A stretch of DNA of 64,000 nucleotides, taken from positions 434,001 through 498,000 of the forward strand of contig JBEUKZ010000032.1 in the NCBI GenBank assembly GCA_048128005.1, read 5' to 3'. Of the stretch, positions 24,091 to 34,047 are shown in pieces. The stretch is from Veleropilina oligotropha (Eukaryota). Below the pieces are notes generated by a model. It made no database searches, had not been told where the DNA came from, and saw only the letters and a list, made by a program, of their open reading frames with translations. Within the stretch, counting starts at the first letter, position 1. Each line of letters opens with the position of its first letter. The translations under genes were made by a program, and so were the position numbers.

Positions 24091-25366
24091 TCTCGATGTT
24101 CAGCTGCGCGTCCATGACCACGTATTGATAGACGTTCAACGGGCTGGCTGCCTCGCCTGTCTTCGTGATCTGAATAGTGATACCCTCACTGCCGTTATCT
24201 ACCTTCCGGCCTGACCCGTGCAGCTGGTCGTCATCGGTGACTCGCAGGTCTATCCATAGGGCAAACTTTTTCGTCAAGAACTGGCCCAGGGTAACGTCTG
24301 CCAAAGCCAAATCCTTGGCAACCAGCGCCACCTCAGGATGCCGCTTGCTGATCGGGTTGGAGGCGAACAGCTTCCTGGCTTCGTCCCACATCTGGTGGGA
24401 ACGCATGCCCTGGCTAAAGATTTGGTTCGGCATGCCTTCAATAGTTATTTCGACTTTTGTAATTTTCGGGTTATAGAAGGCCTCGGTGTCCCTCGAAAAT
24501 GGTTTTGCGTCTCTCGCAGGGTCCTCAAACAGAAGTAGGATCCCCATCATGGACCTCGCCGGAACGTTCAGATTAAGATTCCACAGCGTGTCGCTCTTGT
24601 CCCAGATGACCTTGCGATGCCGGAGCACATGGTCGTAGAGGATGGCGATACGGCCCGAGTACTGGTTACGAATCAGCCTGGCAAGATCAAGATTAGTGAC
24701 CATGTCATACTCCAGGCTAATGTTATCGATGCTGTAGCTGGAACCAGGGTCATCGATGTCCCGGATCGTCCTTGAGTGATCATTGAACGTGAGTTCGTAC
24801 TCAAGACGGTCTCCAAGGGCACTTTGGTAGAACGGCATATGGCTCTCCAGCAACTCGAAATCCAGTGGGATGCGGAACCTCGGACCGTAAGCGTCCGAGA
24901 TGGCCAAGTCCTCAGAAAGTCGGAAGGCGTCGGTCGCACCGATACGATTTTTCGTAGTATTTCGTCCGTCGCTGGTATCAATCCCCTGGTAGTGGGCGCT
25001 ATTGCGTTCCTGTGGGGTCTTCCAGAGGTCACAGTAGCAGTGATAAACGTCGGAGTCATCAATCGACAAGATCTCGTTGCCACTAATCTTGATCGTGGTC
25101 TTTTTGACCACGGCGCGTCCGATGTTCTGAACTACGGTCCTGTTCGGGTTAGCCGAGGTCAGAGAAATGGTGAATGCGAGGTGGGCAGTCCCTGGAACGA
25201 TCACGTCATGAATCCCGAGATTGGGAAACCTGACCAGAAGCTGCTGGTTTGCGGCAATCGTGGATGGGTTGTTGGTTATGGTGATCGACTGTCGGATACC
25301 CTTGACCCCGAGGGGCTCTCGTAGTCTGCGATATGGGTCAAGCGTGCGTCCGTATAGGCTGGCCAT
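24062..25366 (-). CDS. Major capsid protein (double jelly-roll, Polinton-like virus type)
   Basis: Intact 434 aa beta-rich ORF directly upstream of and overlapping the packaging ATPase; LLVRFPNL..DVIVPGTAHLAF...VKKTTIKISGNEI...IPLDF and the C-terminal LNVYQYVVMDAQLNI pattern fit DJR MCPs (recognised, not searched). Confidence 0.8.
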   Translation of the reverse strand: MASLYGRTLDPYRRLREPLGVKGIRQSITITNNPSTIAANQQLLVRFPNLGIHDVIVPGTAHLAFTISLTSANPNRTVVQNIGRAVVKKTTIKISGNEILSIDDSDVYHCYCDLWKTPQERNSAHYQGIDTSDGRNTTKNRIGATDAFRLSEDLAISDAYGPRFRIPLDFELLESHMPFYQSALGDRLEYELTFNDHSRTIRDIDDPGSSYSIDNISLEYDMVTNLDLARLIRNQYSGRIAILYDHVLRHRKVIWDKSDTLWNLNLNVPARSMMGILLLFEDPARDAKPFSRDTEAFYNPKITKVEITIEGMPNQIFSQGMRSHQMWDEARKLFASNPISKRHPEVALVAKDLALADVTLGQFLTKKFALWIDLRVTDDDQLHGSGRKVDNGSEGITIQITKTGEAASPLNVYQYVVMDAQLNIENGRFVTALY

Positions 25367-25409
25367 GTTGTTGGCTGAATTAGATGCATACCCTGGTGGT
25401 TGTATTCAA

Positions 25410-26686
25410 ATGGCGAAATTCGAGAACCCCATGTTCGAGCCCGACACCATCTACGATGAGGATGTGACAATGCCGGCACAATCCACAGACGGGTTTGTGC
25501 CTCTGGTGCCACAGGAAGGAGCCAGCGATCTGCAGCAAGAGATCGTTCAGTCAGCGGTGGATGGCTATTACGAAGCCCTGTCGAAGGAGGGGCAGACCCC
25601 GCCCACGTGGCATGATTATGCCCAGTTCGAGTATGTAGAGGGGGAGGGATTGCGGCTGAAGGCCTATCCAGACATCGATCTCATACATTCTATCACCAAG
25701 AAACCCCTGTCTTTGACAACGATAGCTGGCCGGAAAGGCGGGGGTAAAGCCATCAGGGAGGGTTTGGGATTCGTAGACTGGAAGCGGGGGGAGGGGAAGC
25801 AGAAGAAGCTGGCCTCAAAAGCCGTCGCAGCTTTTCAGACAGCCGACAGTGAATTGAGCGGTGTGGCGGCCAACGTAGACAACGTGGAACTGCGGGACTT
25901 GGGGCAGACCGCTACAGATGCGGCATCTGCAATCCACACCATGGAGACAAAGTTCACAGATGCCGAAGTTGACGAGATCTTGAGTACGATGGGGGACCCC
26001 CCTTAAATCTTCGTGAGCTTCGCGGGCTGGACAAGGCGATGCAGACTATCACGAACAACCTGGCCAAGCTAACGGCGCTGGACGAACACATAGCTCTGGA
26101 GAAGAGGAAGCTCGCTCAGCCAGATGAAGGAGGTGTCGAGGAGTTCGTTCGTCGACGCATCGCGGAACGTCTGCGCAACTTGAATGATGAACGAGCAGCT
26201 CGCCTAGAGGCAGCCTCGTCCAGCCGGGAAGCCCTTCGCTCTCAAATCAGCCGGATCCGAGAAATGCTAAGTCGGATTCTCCACTCAGACACAATGCTTG
26301 CCGAGCGCGTCCGGACCCTGTTCCGCGAGCAGGGGGTCACGATCGTGACTATACTGACCGCGATTGGCATGGCGATCTCGACTTTGGTACTAGCCCTAAC
26401 AGGCGGAGTGCCGAGCATCGCACCAACACCACCACCTCCCAGTGGTAAAGGCGTGAAGGAATGGGTCAAAAAGCAGCTGCAAGCCCTGAGTCGGATTCTG
26501 GGCAAACTAGCGGGGAAGGTGGCAGCGGCACTCCCAGGCATGATTGGCAGCCTACTTTCCTGGCTCATCAACCTGGTCGGCAAAACGGCGTCGTGGCTGG
26601 CTGACCACCTGTGGGCTGTGATTATATCTGTTGGGGGCTTGCTTCTTATGGCCGCTAGCCAGTTTGGGGTGCTGCCAGCCAGATGA
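25410..26686 (+). pseudogene. ~425 aa coiled-coil protein with C-terminal hydrophobic/amphipathic helices (1-bp slip in C-run ~26000)
   Basis: MAKFENPMF...GDPP then LNLRELRGLDKAMQTI...LFREQGVTIVTILTAIGMAISTLVLAL...LPGMIGSLLSWL...LWAVIISVGGLLL. Confidence 0.7.
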
Positions 26687-27945
26687 ACGCTAGGCCAACG
26701 ACGACGCCACCCACAATAAGTGCGGTTTTCTCCTCGTCATGTGAGGCAGCCCCCGCGGCTGAAACAGCTGCCCCCCGGGGGCCTCAGCGTTCCCCTGTGT
26801 GGGGTACTTCGGAGCATCTGCCCGTAAGACTGCGACCTCGTCTTGTGGGACGACCAGTCCTTTCTCTCCAGTACCCCCAGTGGCGTTGACCGGCACACTG
26901 ACCGCGTTGATGGTTGTATTAAGACCTAGTGTCTGGTTTTCCGTGGCGACGACGATCTCGTTGTTATAACCAGCCACCTGCCCGATCCGTAGAAGCATGT
27001 TACTTGGCGCCATGTACAGGCCATGTCCAAAGACGAAGTCCACTTTGGACCTCGCATACTGGAGCACCTCTTGGTACCGTTTGATGGCTGATGGCTGATC
27101 AACTGGAGACGAGATTGCGTCTTCCACGTTCGCCAGGTACTGTTTCTGTGCGTCAAATGCCGTCCCACTACCCAGAATGCCTGCACGCGTTTGAGCCTGC
27201 GCTCCAAGAATCGCCCAGACGTAGGTCCTGATGGAGTCATTGAGCCTCTCCACGCCGGCCTGGGTGAATCCCGCCGACTTGTCCAGAATAAATGAAGCCC
27301 AGCCGTTTGAAAGCGCAGGCGCTTGCGCGATGTAGTCCACGTGCAGATTCGAGTTGGTCGTACCTTTTGTGAATGACATTCGGCTTGGATCATACTCACG
27401 TCCGATGGGGTGGTAGCCGTGCCTAGTCCGCCGTTGGGACCCTTGACACACCAGTCGGTATGTGGGGACACTCCGAATTCGCTGCAGATCTTTTCATATG
27501 CCCTTCGGTCATACGGGGTGTCGAATGCATCCCACGTCCTGTCTTGTGGCAGCGGCGCCTGAATTTCGGTCAGTACCCTTCTGACCTGATAGTAGACTTG
27601 GAAGGTGAATACGGCTCTGGAGAGGGGGTCGGTCGCATTCACGTGGTCTTCTGCGGATACCCCGGAACCGTTTGTGGCACACCACACTGCGAAGTTGACC
27701 TGGTTCTGCAAAAACCGCATCGGCGTGCTGTTCCAATCTCGTATTATCCGGTCACTCGCGACATTTGGGAGGCGGTATTTTTGAAAGACGTCGGGGTAGT
27801 CTGCCCCCAATGCAGGATGGGGAGATTCAGACGAGGAGACAACGACGCGTGGTTTTGTAAGCTGCTCATCCTTTATCCGGGCTGGGTACACCACACCGGT
27901 CGAATAGGCCGCACTCCTATTAAAAGCAAAGGCGCTCTTAGCCAT
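26655..27945 (-). pseudogene. ~430 aa protein of unknown function with probable C-terminal membrane anchor (frameshifts ~27420 and ~26770)
   Basis: MAKSAFAF...QNQVNFAVWCAT...VYYQVRRVL joins ...ERLNDSIRTYVWAILGAQAQTR...; a third frame gives the tail HDEEKTALIVGGVVVGLAFIWLAAPQTG*. Confidence 0.65.
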
Positions 27946-27949
27946 AGCT

Positions 27950-28160
27950 ATGTTCCACACATTAACGAGTGTTCAAGAGGGGACCGCGGTTGCCCTCCTG
28001 CAACCGATAGATAACCGGGACGGCAAGCTATGCGTCGGCCTGCGCTCGCTCGACTACTGGGTCGGCTGGCATAACGTACACGCAGGAGCCTTCTTCCAAA
28101 CCCCCAATACCACGGTCGAGGTAGCACCGGGTTTCTACAGCTTCGATGCCCTCGCCAAGT
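27950..28160 (+). pseudogene. Minor capsid protein (penton), N-terminal fragment truncated by the right-end deletion
   Basis: LQPIDNRDGKLCVGLRSLDYWVGWHNV...VAPGFY resembles the Maverick penton motif L.xPI.L.G.W.VGL.xI.Y..xW.NV...PG.Y. Confidence 0.7.
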
Positions 28161-28179
28161 CTCACTGCTTACTGTGCCT

Positions 28180-28600
28180 GTAGCATACACTACAAGCCTA
28201 GAGCAAGTCTGACAGAGAGACAAGTGATCGACTTTCACCAAAGTTATGTTTATATTTAAAAATAATAAAAATAATAATTAAACAAGTGGTCGACATTCAA
28301 TAAAGTTGTTTATATTTAAAAATCATAATTAATCCCAATGGAACCTTAACCAAGGTAATTTGAATCAAATTCCATTAAGTAAAGCCTATTAATAGTAGTT
28401 GAGTACCTACTCTTCTTTATTTATTTATTGTCTATTATTTATACTTTGCTACATCAGCAGATTTGGCAGAGAAACTTTGACCTGGGACCTTAACCTTAAG
28501 ATTGAGCAAATGAAAGAATGAGCAGGTCGGACGGAAGGACGCCAGGACGCACGGACGGACGGACGGAAAAGGTGATCACTATAGGCCTCCCTGCGGGGCC
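28180..28600. repeat. Fragment of a non-autonomous repeat ((GGAC)n plus terminal hairpin)
   Basis: AT-rich, 'gacggacggacgg...tataggcctccctgcggggcct' at its end; lies between the truncated virus and the resumed LINE. Confidence 0.45.
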
Positions 28601-31231
28601 TAATAATAAAATCTGTGTTGAACAAAAATTATAATAAAAATACAGTACCTGATAAATTCATTCATAACAATGAAACTGTTTCTGGAAAGGAAAATATTGC
28701 TAATGCTTTCAATCGGTTTATCGTTAACATCGGCCCACAGCTTGCTGATAAAATACCCAACACAAAAGTTGACTACAAAGCATGCATGACTGGAACTTAT
28801 GATAAATCTTTCTTTTTTACACCTGTTGGAAATGAGGAAGTCCAAAATATTATCATTAGTCTGAAATATGGAAAGAGTAATGGATATGATGATATATCTT
28901 CATCTATTGTCAAAACTACGTCAGAAAACATCGTTCCAATACTAACTTCAATTATTAACAAATCAATAATTACTGGAATAATACCAGAAAAGCTAAAAAT
29001 GGCCAAAGTGGTTCCAATATTTAAAAGTGGTGATGACGCTTCATTATCTAATTACAGACCAATAACAATTTTGCCCGTTTTCTCTAAATTTTTTGAAAAA
29101 GTGGCATTTTCACGACTGATAAATTATCTCAACGCACATAGTATTTTATACACTAAACAGTATGGTTTTAGAGAAAATCATTCGACCTTCATGGCATTAT
29201 TAGAACTAATGGACCAGATATCGGAAGCAATTGAAAAATAAGAATATACTGTGGGTGTATTTATTGACATATCTAAAGCGTTCGATACAATAAATCATGA
29301 AATACTTATAAATAAAGTCCGACATTATGGCATTAGAGGCTTGCCTTTAACCTGGTTTGAAAATTATTTGACAAACAGGACACAGTTCGTGACAGTAAAT
29401 GGCAAAGACTCATCAGTGAGACCAATAACTTGCGGTGTTCCGCAAGGATCAATATTAGGTCCTTTATTATTTATTATATATATTAATGATTTGGCAAATA
29501 CTTCAAAGCTACTAAAATTTATTCTGTTTGCTGATGACACTAGTATTTTTTTTACGCACAAAAATTACCATACCATGATAAACATAATGAGGAGGAGGAA
29601 TTATGCTTAATATCCTGTATATTTACAACATCGAGGTTCAAGGCAGGACATGTCCGTGTTATCGCGGGAGGAAATCCCGGTCGCCCGGGTAAACCCGCCC
29701 TCTTCGGCCAGTCACGGACAACTGTGCTTCATAACTTGAACAAATGTGTGCTGCCTCAGCCGGGGGTCGATCCCACTACTGTTCGCGTCAGCGGAAACAA
29801 GCCAGTGAATTTAGAGTGGACACTCTACCCACTGCGCTACCGAAGCGGCCTAAACATAATGAACAAAGAATTAGAAAAGGTCACCCTATGGTTCAAAATC
29901 AACAAGTTATCACTAAATATAACAAAAACAAACTATATGATCTTCTGTAGCAAGTTAAAGAAATATCCTATTGCAAACAATAACATTACTATAGATGACA
30001 AACATATAAAACAAGTGACTAACACCAAATTTCTAGTAATAATAATGGATGAAAACATAACATGGTCCCAACATATTAGCAATGTACAAAATAAAATTGC
30101 TAAGCATATTGGAATTATTTATAAACTAAAGCAATCACTACCTACATAAATATTATATACTACGGTACCCACACTATATTGTACTTTAATTTTACCTTAT
30201 TATCAATATTGTAAAATAGTGTGGGCTAGTACCTATCGTTCCAGATTGCAAAAGCTTTTCTTATTACAAAAACGAATTGTAAGAATTGTTTCGTTATCTG
30301 GATACTTCGATCACTCTGCACCGATCTTCAAGAAACTATATCAATTAACTATATTTGACATAAACAAGCATCAGATAGGAACATTCATGCACAGGTACCA
30401 CTTAAACAAACTACCAATAGCGTTTAAAAACTATTTTCAGGTTAATGAGCATATACACAGCCATAACACTAGACAAAGAAATAACATTCATATCATTATC
30501 TCCAGAACAAACAAGACTTTATTTAATAAAATGTCAGGGCCCACGTTTATGGAATTCCTTGGACATATCACTAAGGAATTCGCGTTCCGGACATATTTTC
30601 AAAGCCAAATATAAAAAGCAGTTGCTAGAAAAATACTGATCTTACACTACCAAGTTATCAACAGCCTATTGGTTACATTATAGGTTACATATCTATAGTT
30701 ACTTTTCTACATTTTCCACAAATTAACTATGAATATAGACTCTACGACACACACACACTCATGCACACAGGCACCCACTCAATTTAGGTCCAAACACTTT
30801 AATAAATAAGTTGAAAAACATGAAACTTTTCCCTAGGGTGATCATGTTTATAAGCTCGCAAGGGTTTCTTTGATCATCCTACCATAGAAACATAATAATA
30901 ATAATATATTTAAAGGTTTTACGTTATATATACTTAAATCATTAGATTGCATTTGTGATATCGATGTTTGTTTTGTTTTTGTTTTGTTTTTAATTAATAA
31001 CTGCAATTATTGTATTAAAGTTTTACAATTTTATATTCAATGTTATTCATAAGCTAATATTATTGCTTCAAATTACTATGTTCTATTTTCACTTTGCTTC
31101 ATGACTTCATAATATACCAATATATAGCATATAACGTATTACTATGTGACCAATACTATTTACTTTACTTTATATCATATAATTTTTGTACATTATACCG
31201 TCTATGGTGAAATAAATTCATTCATTCATTC
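28601..31231 (+). mobile_element. CR1/L2-group LINE, 3' part (reverse transcriptase, 3'UTR, (ATTC)n tail)
   Basis: [42 protein letters not shown]; ends aataaattcattcattcattc. Same orientation as, and collinear with, 12871-15240. Confidence 0.9.
29591..29850 (-). mobile_element. tRNA-derived SINE, full length, inserted in the LINE RT
   Basis: A-box TAGCGCAGTGG and B-box GGGATCGACCC on the minus strand; (CCT)n tail; 12-bp TSD taaacataatga at 29579-29590 and 29851-29862. Confidence 0.88.
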
Positions 31232-32989
31232 AAAAACGCACACTTCGCAAATTTCGATCGCACTGGTGGTATTCACTTGTTTCACACATTAAAAAATGGC
31301 GCGTATCGCTTCTATACTCAATATTTTTAGAAGTGCCCTTAAATTTGAACGTGCCCTTAGATTTGCACTCAAATTACATACGCGGGTTCATAGTTTGCTC
31401 ACAATTTGTTATTTTTGTCCTTAGACAACCTCGAAGTATATACTAGTATCCGACTTCATAGTTTTTATGTATGCATCATCTCTAGAATTGTTTTTTTTTC
31501 GTCCAATTTAGATCAGAATTGGGGTTTTTCTGTCCATTTTAGATCAAAACCGTTCTCGCGCAAAATCTGCTCTCGATCAGCCATGCCCGCTTTATGCAAT
31601 TGTGCGATTTTTTTGAAATAAGGGAGGTATTTCACCCCCCACCCCCAACATTTTTTCTGATGCCCATAGACAGAAGACTTAAAGTATATCTGAGTTCATA
31701 GCTTTTATCACACGTACAATATCATTGAGATATCTGCACCTACCGCCAGTCACCATTCTAGGACATTATTGGACAGCAAACTGGGCATGAGGCTATTACA
31801 TGCCTACATCTTTAATGAAGTGGTGAAATGATTCGTAAATATTGTTAAGAAATATCACATTTACATCATCAGAATATAGGAGAGGGTGTTTCGCACGGTT
31901 ATTTGTCAAGAAAAATTTCACGACACGGCCAATGGTTGTATAATTCGACCCCGTAAAGCCCTTCAAAGTCCTGTTGACCATCATGTCCCCCTCAATGTTG
32001 TTGTCCCTGGTCGTATATATATATACAGCTGTATAGTATACTTCAAAAACATCTTTGGCCTATCTTTCAAATTAAAAACTTTAACTCAGTGGTGAAACTG
32101 ATTCAAACATGTTGGTAAGAAATAGAACATCAGCTATCTCAGAATACAGGAGAGCCGGTTTCACAAGGTTGAGTATCAAATTTTCTTCCACGTGGGTCCC
32201 CACCCCCACGCGGTCCATTGATAGCATAATTTGACTCCCTTCATATTTACTAAGTATCCTCAGCCCCCACAGCAATCATACATACATGTACGGCTGAAAA
32301 TTACCTTTATTTAAAATTAGTTATGCAAAGTGCCCTGTTTCTGTCTTACCCCCCAATCCAAAATTGCTTCCTACGCCACTGCAGAGCTGCATCAAGTTAA
32401 AATGACATTTCAAGTTCTGGAACCGATACTGAAATTTTCACTACCACAAGACACTTTTTCTCATCCGAATGCAATGCCGTCTGTTTTTCGACTGAATTAA
32501 TGTTCAATACGGTGCCCATGTGATCACGATGAAATGGAACTACACATGGCAATCGTTCAAATCGGGTCGCATTGCACATTGAATATTATTTAGGACACTG
32601 ACAAAAGCATGTACTTGATTAATACAACAATAGGCTATCAATACAACAATGAAGTAATTAATGCAATTCACAGAAGGAGGTGAATAAAAGGTGAATAGAA
32701 GTTCTCTACAAACCATAGTTTATTATTTAAATGAAAGTAAAAAACATACACTTAATAACGGACAGTAAAGATAATGAATTACGCTAGCAAGAAATTATCA
32801 ATACTGTGTCTGTGTTTTAAGTCAGAGAAAAGCCTCGTAACTCTCCATTCCTGAAAAAGAATGAGCCTCGGGCCCTTCGGGGCCTCTGCTACATTCTTTT
32901 TCAGGAATGGAGAGTTGCTCGACCTTTCTCCTTAACGTAAATCATGTGTATCGACGCCGATATGCAGCGAGCACTCACCAATGGTCTAA

Positions 32990-34047
32990 AACAAAATACA
33001 GATAATAGCAAACAAAAAAAATATCAATATCACCGTATTTATGAACAACAACAAACTAGAGATGGTTAATGAAGTAAAATATCTTGGAATATACATCGAT
33101 AATAATCTTAACTGGAAATCTCATATCACATATATTAAAGGGAAAATAGCAAAATCAGTTGGTGTCTTATGGAGATTAAAGCAATTCGTTGACAAAGAAA
33201 CTTTATACAAAGTTTATTACAGTCTTATATACTCGTATCTACAATATGCCATAATCGTTTGGGGATCTACATATAAAACATATTTGAAGCCGTTACAGTC
33301 TCTGCAAAATAAAGCTATCAAAATTATATGCAATGCCTCTTTCTATGATAGCCCACATCGGTTATATAAAAGTGAATATATACTTAAAATTGAAGACATA
33401 TACAAATATAGCATAGGCATTATAATGCACAAATACACTTGTAACAAACTGCCACCTGCCTTCAATGATTACTTCACTCCTGTTTCTCAAATACATAATC
33501 ACAATACGAGATCTTCCAAGTATAACTACTACCTACCACGCGCCTCGACTAATTCTGGAAAAAGAGCTTTAAAATATAGCTGTACAAAACTATGGACCGA
33601 TCTACCATCCTCCTTAAAATCACTATCATTTTACAAATTTAAGAAAGAATATAAATGTTATTTAATAAGTAACTATTAATTTTTTATATAATAATATAGT
33701 ACAATAATATATTTATATCTATTAGTAAGGGGTAGCGCATGACTATCTACTCTCAACCGCTTGCTATGCTAGAATCAACAATCATCACTACTATACATCA
33801 TTATCACACATAAACTATTATATATTAAAACTGTATATTTTATGGTTATGACACCAATACTAATTGTAATGCTATATTATTGAGGATGCTAACTAGAAAG
33901 CCGTATGGCTATTTTAGCATCCTACACAAATCATATATTTACAAACGATACACTCTATTCTTATATTTACAAAACTTTCATTTATTATTACATATTGAAA
34001 AATTTCACCTTGTATAAATTTGTCTATTGTCTATTGTCTATTGTCTA
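32990..34047 (+). mobile_element. 5'-truncated CR1/L2-group LINE (ORF2 C-terminus)
   Basis: ORF 33041-33679 KYLGIYIDNNLNWKSHI...HNHNTR; tail (TTGTCTA)n. Confidence 0.85.

Larger units (their letters stand above)
15241..28160. mobile_element. Endogenous Polinton-like virus / Maverick-related element (copy 1), right end deleted
   Basis: Abrupt GC-rich, gene-dense, intronless block starting AGCAGCAGGGG, the same terminus as copy 2 at 62012; encodes integrase, A32 ATPase, capsid proteins and a Pol-helicase replicase. Confidence 0.9.

Noticed and set aside
16274..28014. Many antisense or alternate-frame ORFs inside the element (e.g. 16752-17306, 20843-21478, 23509-24078, 24776-25324)
   Set aside because: Shadow ORFs of GC-rich coding sequence, with no motifs and overlapping better-supported genes.
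15241..28160. Bacterial contamination or prophage
   Set aside because: Precise junction within a eukaryotic LINE, a second copy with the same terminus, and a retroviral-type integrase rather than a phage recombinase.
29780..29850. Functional tRNA gene
   Set aside because: It is the head of a multicopy SINE with TSDs; no proper cloverleaf.
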